A DNA stretch of 64,000 bases from Schmidtea polychroa (Eukaryota): the NCBI GenBank assembly GCA_044892525.1, contig CM097885.1, forward strand, positions 7,690,001-7,754,000, in the 5' to 3' direction. The notes under the pieces were generated by a model, which saw only the letters and a list, made by a program, of their open reading frames with translations, searched no databases and was not told where the DNA came from. Every line of letters starts with the position of its first letter. Positions within the stretch are counted from its first letter, which is position 1. Positions 59,508 through 64,000 of this stretch are shown one piece after another. Made by a program: the position numbers and the translations under genes.

Positions 59508-62500
59508 TATTAGGATGTTCATCCTGTAAAACATTAAAATCAGTTTTTGCTTCCATAAATTTTATTTCAGTAAATATCAGTATCAAATTATATCTTCTTT
59601 AAACTTTCTTATTTAAACAAATTTTCTACGAAGATATTTTTAATTAAAATATCTTCTTATTTTTTTTAATCTAATATTTAATTAATCTAAAATTTAATTT
59701 TTAAAATTTTCAATTTAAAAATTTCTTCATCATAAAACTTCCTCATATCCCCCTTCTTAAGAAATTTTTAAGTTTTTCCACATTTCTTTCGATCCTTTTT
59801 CCATCTTCATTTCTTAAGATGTATCGTCTGTCATGCACTTTCTCTATCACTTTGTACGGACCTTCATACCTGTCCTGGCCTTTGTGGCGTGTTTCTACTT
59901 TTACTAATACTTCTTCTCCTACATTGAATTTTCTCCTTGTTTGTTCTTCTAGTTCTTCCTTTATCGGTATTTCTTTGGACCCGTACCATTTTTCCCTGCT
60001 AATCTTTTTTCCAAAAACTATCTCTGCCGGGCTTTTCCCTGTCGTTTTTGTTTGGTTGCATTCAAAGTGAATTCGACTTCTGGTAATATCTCTGCCCAAT
60101 CCGTCTTCTTTCTATCCTGTAAAGTAGCATTTATCAAATCCCGTATTGTCCTGAATTGTCTTTCTATCTGACCGTTTGTTTGGTAATGGTATGGACTCGA
60201 AAACATAATTTAATATCTAGCATCTTTGTGAATTCTCTCATCATTCCTGATTCAAACGCCTTTCCGCAATCAACTCTTATCTCCTTTGGGCATCCAAATC
60301 TTAAAATCCACTTTTCTAAAATCGTTTTCTTTATTGTTTCTTCGTCTTGTTTTGTTATCGCTGTCAAGACTTGATACTTACTATACTGATCTATTATGCC
60401 CAATATATACTTCTTACGTCCTTTTGTTTCTGTCAACGGTCCACATATATCTACGAATATAATTTCGAACATTTCCTTCGAATCTTGTTTTTTTACTGGT
60501 TCTTTCGTTGTTATTGTTAAAGCCTTGGTTTTTTTGACAAATCTCACAACTTCGAACTATTTCCTGAATCTGACTCCACAGGTGTTTTCCAACATATCTG
60601 TCTTTCATATAATCGGCTATCTTCTCGACTCCAGCATGACACAATAGTCTATGTATTTCCTTTATTGTTTCTTGTAACTCATTTTCAGGTATCATCGTTT
60701 TCTTTCGTACTTCTTCTACAATTCCATGTTGGATGTTGCTTCTTCCTTCTTCTCTGATCGAGTCTACTAATCTGGTTTTTATCTTTCCTTTATTAGCTTC
60801 TTCGTGGGCCATTTGACATTGAACACACGTGTCACATTTAGTTCTCGATACCATGTCTGCATTTTGGTGATTAATACCCTTTCTGTATTCTACTCTTATA
60901 TCTAAACTGCTCAAATAATTGATCCATGTTTGGAATTGTGAAGTAATCGGCTTCTTGGTTGTCATCATAAACGTGATTGCCTTGTGGTCTGTCCTGAGCG
61001 TGAATCTTCTTCCGTAGAGATAGTGCTTAAAATGAATGCAAAAATGATATACCGCCAATAGTTCCTTTCTTGTAATACAATATCCTTTCTCGTGGCTCGT
61101 CATCGAGTGTGATCCATACGCAATTACTCTTTCCTTTCCATCTTTATCTCTTTGTGAAAGTACTGCTCCAATGGTATCGAAACTAGCGTCGGTATCTAAA
61201 ATGAACTCCTTTTTCAGATCCGGAAAACATAAGATTGGCGCCGTCGTGAGTGCTAATTTCAATCCCTCAAACACGCTATTCGTTCCTTCACTCCATTCTA
61301 ATTTTTTGTTACTTGTTCCGCTACATAATTGTTCTAACATCCTTGCCTTCTTTGCATAATCACTGATGAATCTTCTATAATAATTGCAAATACCTAAAAA
61401 GCTTCGGAGTTTCTTTACGCAATTAGGCTTCCCAAAGTTCTGTATGGCCTGAATTTTAGATGGATCTGTCTGTACTCCTTCCTTGCTGATTATGTGTCCT
61501 AAGAATCTGATTTCTTCCTTTATTATTTGGCATTTTTCTGGATTAATCCTTAGGCCTGCTTCCTCAATCGCCTTTAACACTTCTCCGAGTATTGTATAGT
61601 GTTTCTCTTTACTGCTTGAATAAATCAAGATGTCGTCCAAATACACCATTGCTCCCTTTATTTTGCCTAATACTTTTGTCATCATTTCTTGGAACGTACC
61701 TGGTGCTGCTGCAATTCCAAACGGCATTCTGTTGAAACAATATTGTCCGTTCTTTGTTGAGAAAGCTGTTTTCTCCTGTGATTCTTCTTCTAGTTCCACT
61801 TGGTAATATGCATTACCTAGATCGATTGAGCTGAAAAAGACGGATCCTCCTAACAAATCCAACATGTCGTCTATGTTTGGCATTGGAAATGCCTGCCTCT
61901 CTGTTACCGCGTTCAGCTGTCTAAAGTCCAAGCATAGTCTAATATCCTTTTTCTCTTTTTTCCATACACATATTAGCGGTGTATTCCATGGAGAGTTACA
62001 TTTCCGTATAATTCCATTTTCTTACAAATTTTGTATTGCTTCTTCAATCTTTGATTCCAAATTTAGTGGTTGGCGATATGGTTTTATGTTTATCGGCTCA
62101 CCTCTTGTAACTATCTTGTGTTTTACCAAATGAGTGCGACCCACATCCCATTTATCTGCCATAAACACGTTTCCACTGTTTGTTATAATTTCCTTTAATT
62201 TGCTATCTTCATTGATCTTTAACTGTTCCAACGCTCGTATCAATCGTTCTTCATCCTTTATTTTTCTGCCAAATTTTGCTTCAATGTTACAAATATAGTT
62301 CTTGTCTTTTTCACTAGCCTCGATATCTTTAATTTTTAACAGTCTAAATCCAAATGTTTCTTGTAATTCGATTCATCCAATCACATCTGGTGTCACTTTC
62401 TCCGCCACAATGAATATAACTTCCTTCGAAACATTTCCAATGGTTACTTGCACCTTCGTTCTTCCTATTGTCTCGATCGTACTCCCGTTTGCGCATCGTA

Positions 62501-64000
62501 ACTTATCGTCACTTTTCGTCAATTGTTGTCCTCGTAGCTTGTTAAAACAGTTCACACTCATTACATTGATTCTTGCACCAGTGTCTAATAAACAGTCGAA
62601 AGTTTCCCCATCCATCCTTACTGTTATACTAGGCCTTCCTTGCATTTTGTTATACAAAATTTCAACAACCTGCTCCGTTTCAATGGTTCCAATTCTTTCC
62701 ACTTCCTCTTCAAACATTTCTCTCTTTAGGAACCTGTATACTTTCTCGCTTACCCTTCCAACATTCTCACACTTTTCTGCCCCTTGAGGATATCCCATCA
62801 AATTTTCTGTTAGAATATAGCTCCAACCAACTCCTCTACTGGTGGAGCCCTGTTGTTTGGGTACGTCTTCCTAAAATTATCTTCATTTGTCTCTACACAC
62901 GATTCCTTTTCTTCTTCTTCCTCGATACCATTTATCCGACTGTATCTGTTTCCCGTGAATCTTTGTCTCTCCGTCGCTCTCCCGTAACTCATCTTTGTAT
63001 AACACTCCTCGGATCTATGACAATTTCTGCTACATCTTTCACAACGTATTTCCTGACACAATCTTCTTATATGACCTTCTTTCCCACACCCAAAACATCT
63101 TGGAGCTTTTTTATCTGGACAGTTTCTACTTATATGTCCGCTTCTATGACATGTCCAGCATTCTATTTTTCCTTTTATTGGACAATCAATTTTCGTGTGT
63201 CCTATTTTGTGGCATAACCAGCATTCTGGCATTTCTCTTCGGATACTTTCTTCTCTCTGTTCTTTCTTCTTGTATTGTACTCTTCTCTGTGATTCCTGAT
63301 AGACCACTCTGGCGTAACTTTTCATACTGTTTATCTGATCTCTTTGCTTGTCTACTTTGTCCATCAGAATTAGTGTTTCCTTTATTTCTTCTGTGCTTTT
63401 ATCTTCCGTAGTATCACTTCTTTCTCAACTTCTTTATTCTCCGCACATACTATTAACATCCTTGCTGTTAATTTCTCTTTGGTAAATTCTTTATTTTCAA
63501 ACAACCTATCAACAAGGTCCTCCACCTTTTTAAAATACGTTTTTATTTCTTCACCCTTCCGCTTGTAATTCAACAAGTTTTGTAGATCCTTTAAAACATC
63601 TCTTTCGCGATCGAATGCCAATCGCAACCTAGCCTGGAATCCTTCGGCTTTTTTCAGTGTTTTGGCATACACTTCCAGGAGATCCTCATCAATCATGCAA
63701 GATGTTAATCTTTCCTAATCTTTCTTCTGCGTGATTCCTTTGGCGTCGAAATAACTTTCGCATCTTTTAATGAACTTTTCCAAGTCGTCACCTTGGCAGA
63801 ATACCTTTGGTAGCAATCTTTCGGTGATTGCGTCAGTGTTTACCGCTGCCACCATATTAGGATGTTCATCCTGTAAAACATTAAAATCAGTTTTTGCTTC
63901 CATAAATTTTATTTCAGTAAATATCAGTATCAAATTATATCTTCTTTAAACTTTCTTATTTAAACAAATTTTCTACGAAGATATTTTTAATTAAAATATC
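59508..64000 (-). mobile_element. Degenerate Ty3/gypsy LTR retrotransposon with short LTRs (3' LTR 59508-59745; 5' LTR 63855 to beyond the window)
   Basis: 59508-59652 repeated at 63855-64000; PBS TGGTGGCAGCGGT (tRNA-Leu-like); PPT AAGAAGGGGGA. Confidence 0.93.
59743..63855 (-). pseudogene. gag-pol (4 knuckles, PR, RT, RNase H, integrase) broken by stops and frameshifts
   Basis: CWLCHKIGHTKIDC etc., LLDTGA, VYLDD, LDTDASF, VDICGP/RVDCG/QIERQFRT; RT-RH-IN order. Confidence 0.93.

Noticed and set aside
19475..63855. Alternative genetic code explaining the in-frame stops
   Set aside because: TGA, TAA and TAG all occur at different residues, together with frameshifts, and all three also end normal ORFs; ordinary decay is simpler

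Overview
AT-rich eukaryotic (animal) genomic DNA with short (~45-55 bp) spliceosomal introns. A planarian or other invertebrate host is only a guess. Host content: 3' part of deoxyhypusine synthase, a three-exon TMEM186-like gene, the first two exons of a SPATA1-like gene, an actin pseudogene and an orphan secreted-protein ORF. Most of the window is mobile DNA. (1) A 25.9-kb composite at 5776-31724 with a 6-bp TSD (TTAGTA): a non-coding, foldback-like Polinton-type shell with ~3-kb internally repetitive TIRs. Nested in its left arm is a ~15-kb Polinton/Maverick (adintovirus-like) genome at 9289-24259 encoding MCP, PLA2-integrase, packaging ATPase, pX-like protein, protease, penton-like, fibre-like and pPolB. 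This inner genome also carries an array of three tRNA-like Pol III genes and a stand-alone duplicate of the PolB C-terminus. (2) A young Ty3/gypsy element at 41113-53709 (near-identical 1057-bp LTRs, TSD GGTA). Its single reading frame reads Gag - two ubiquitin-like domains - Bcl-2-like domain - chuvirus-like class III envelope glycoprotein - protease - RT, so Env lies between Gag and Pol. (3) A degenerate gypsy element at the right edge, two minimal hammerhead ribozymes of Penelope type, and several MITEs. All calls come from motifs read by eye; no database searches or folding programs were run.
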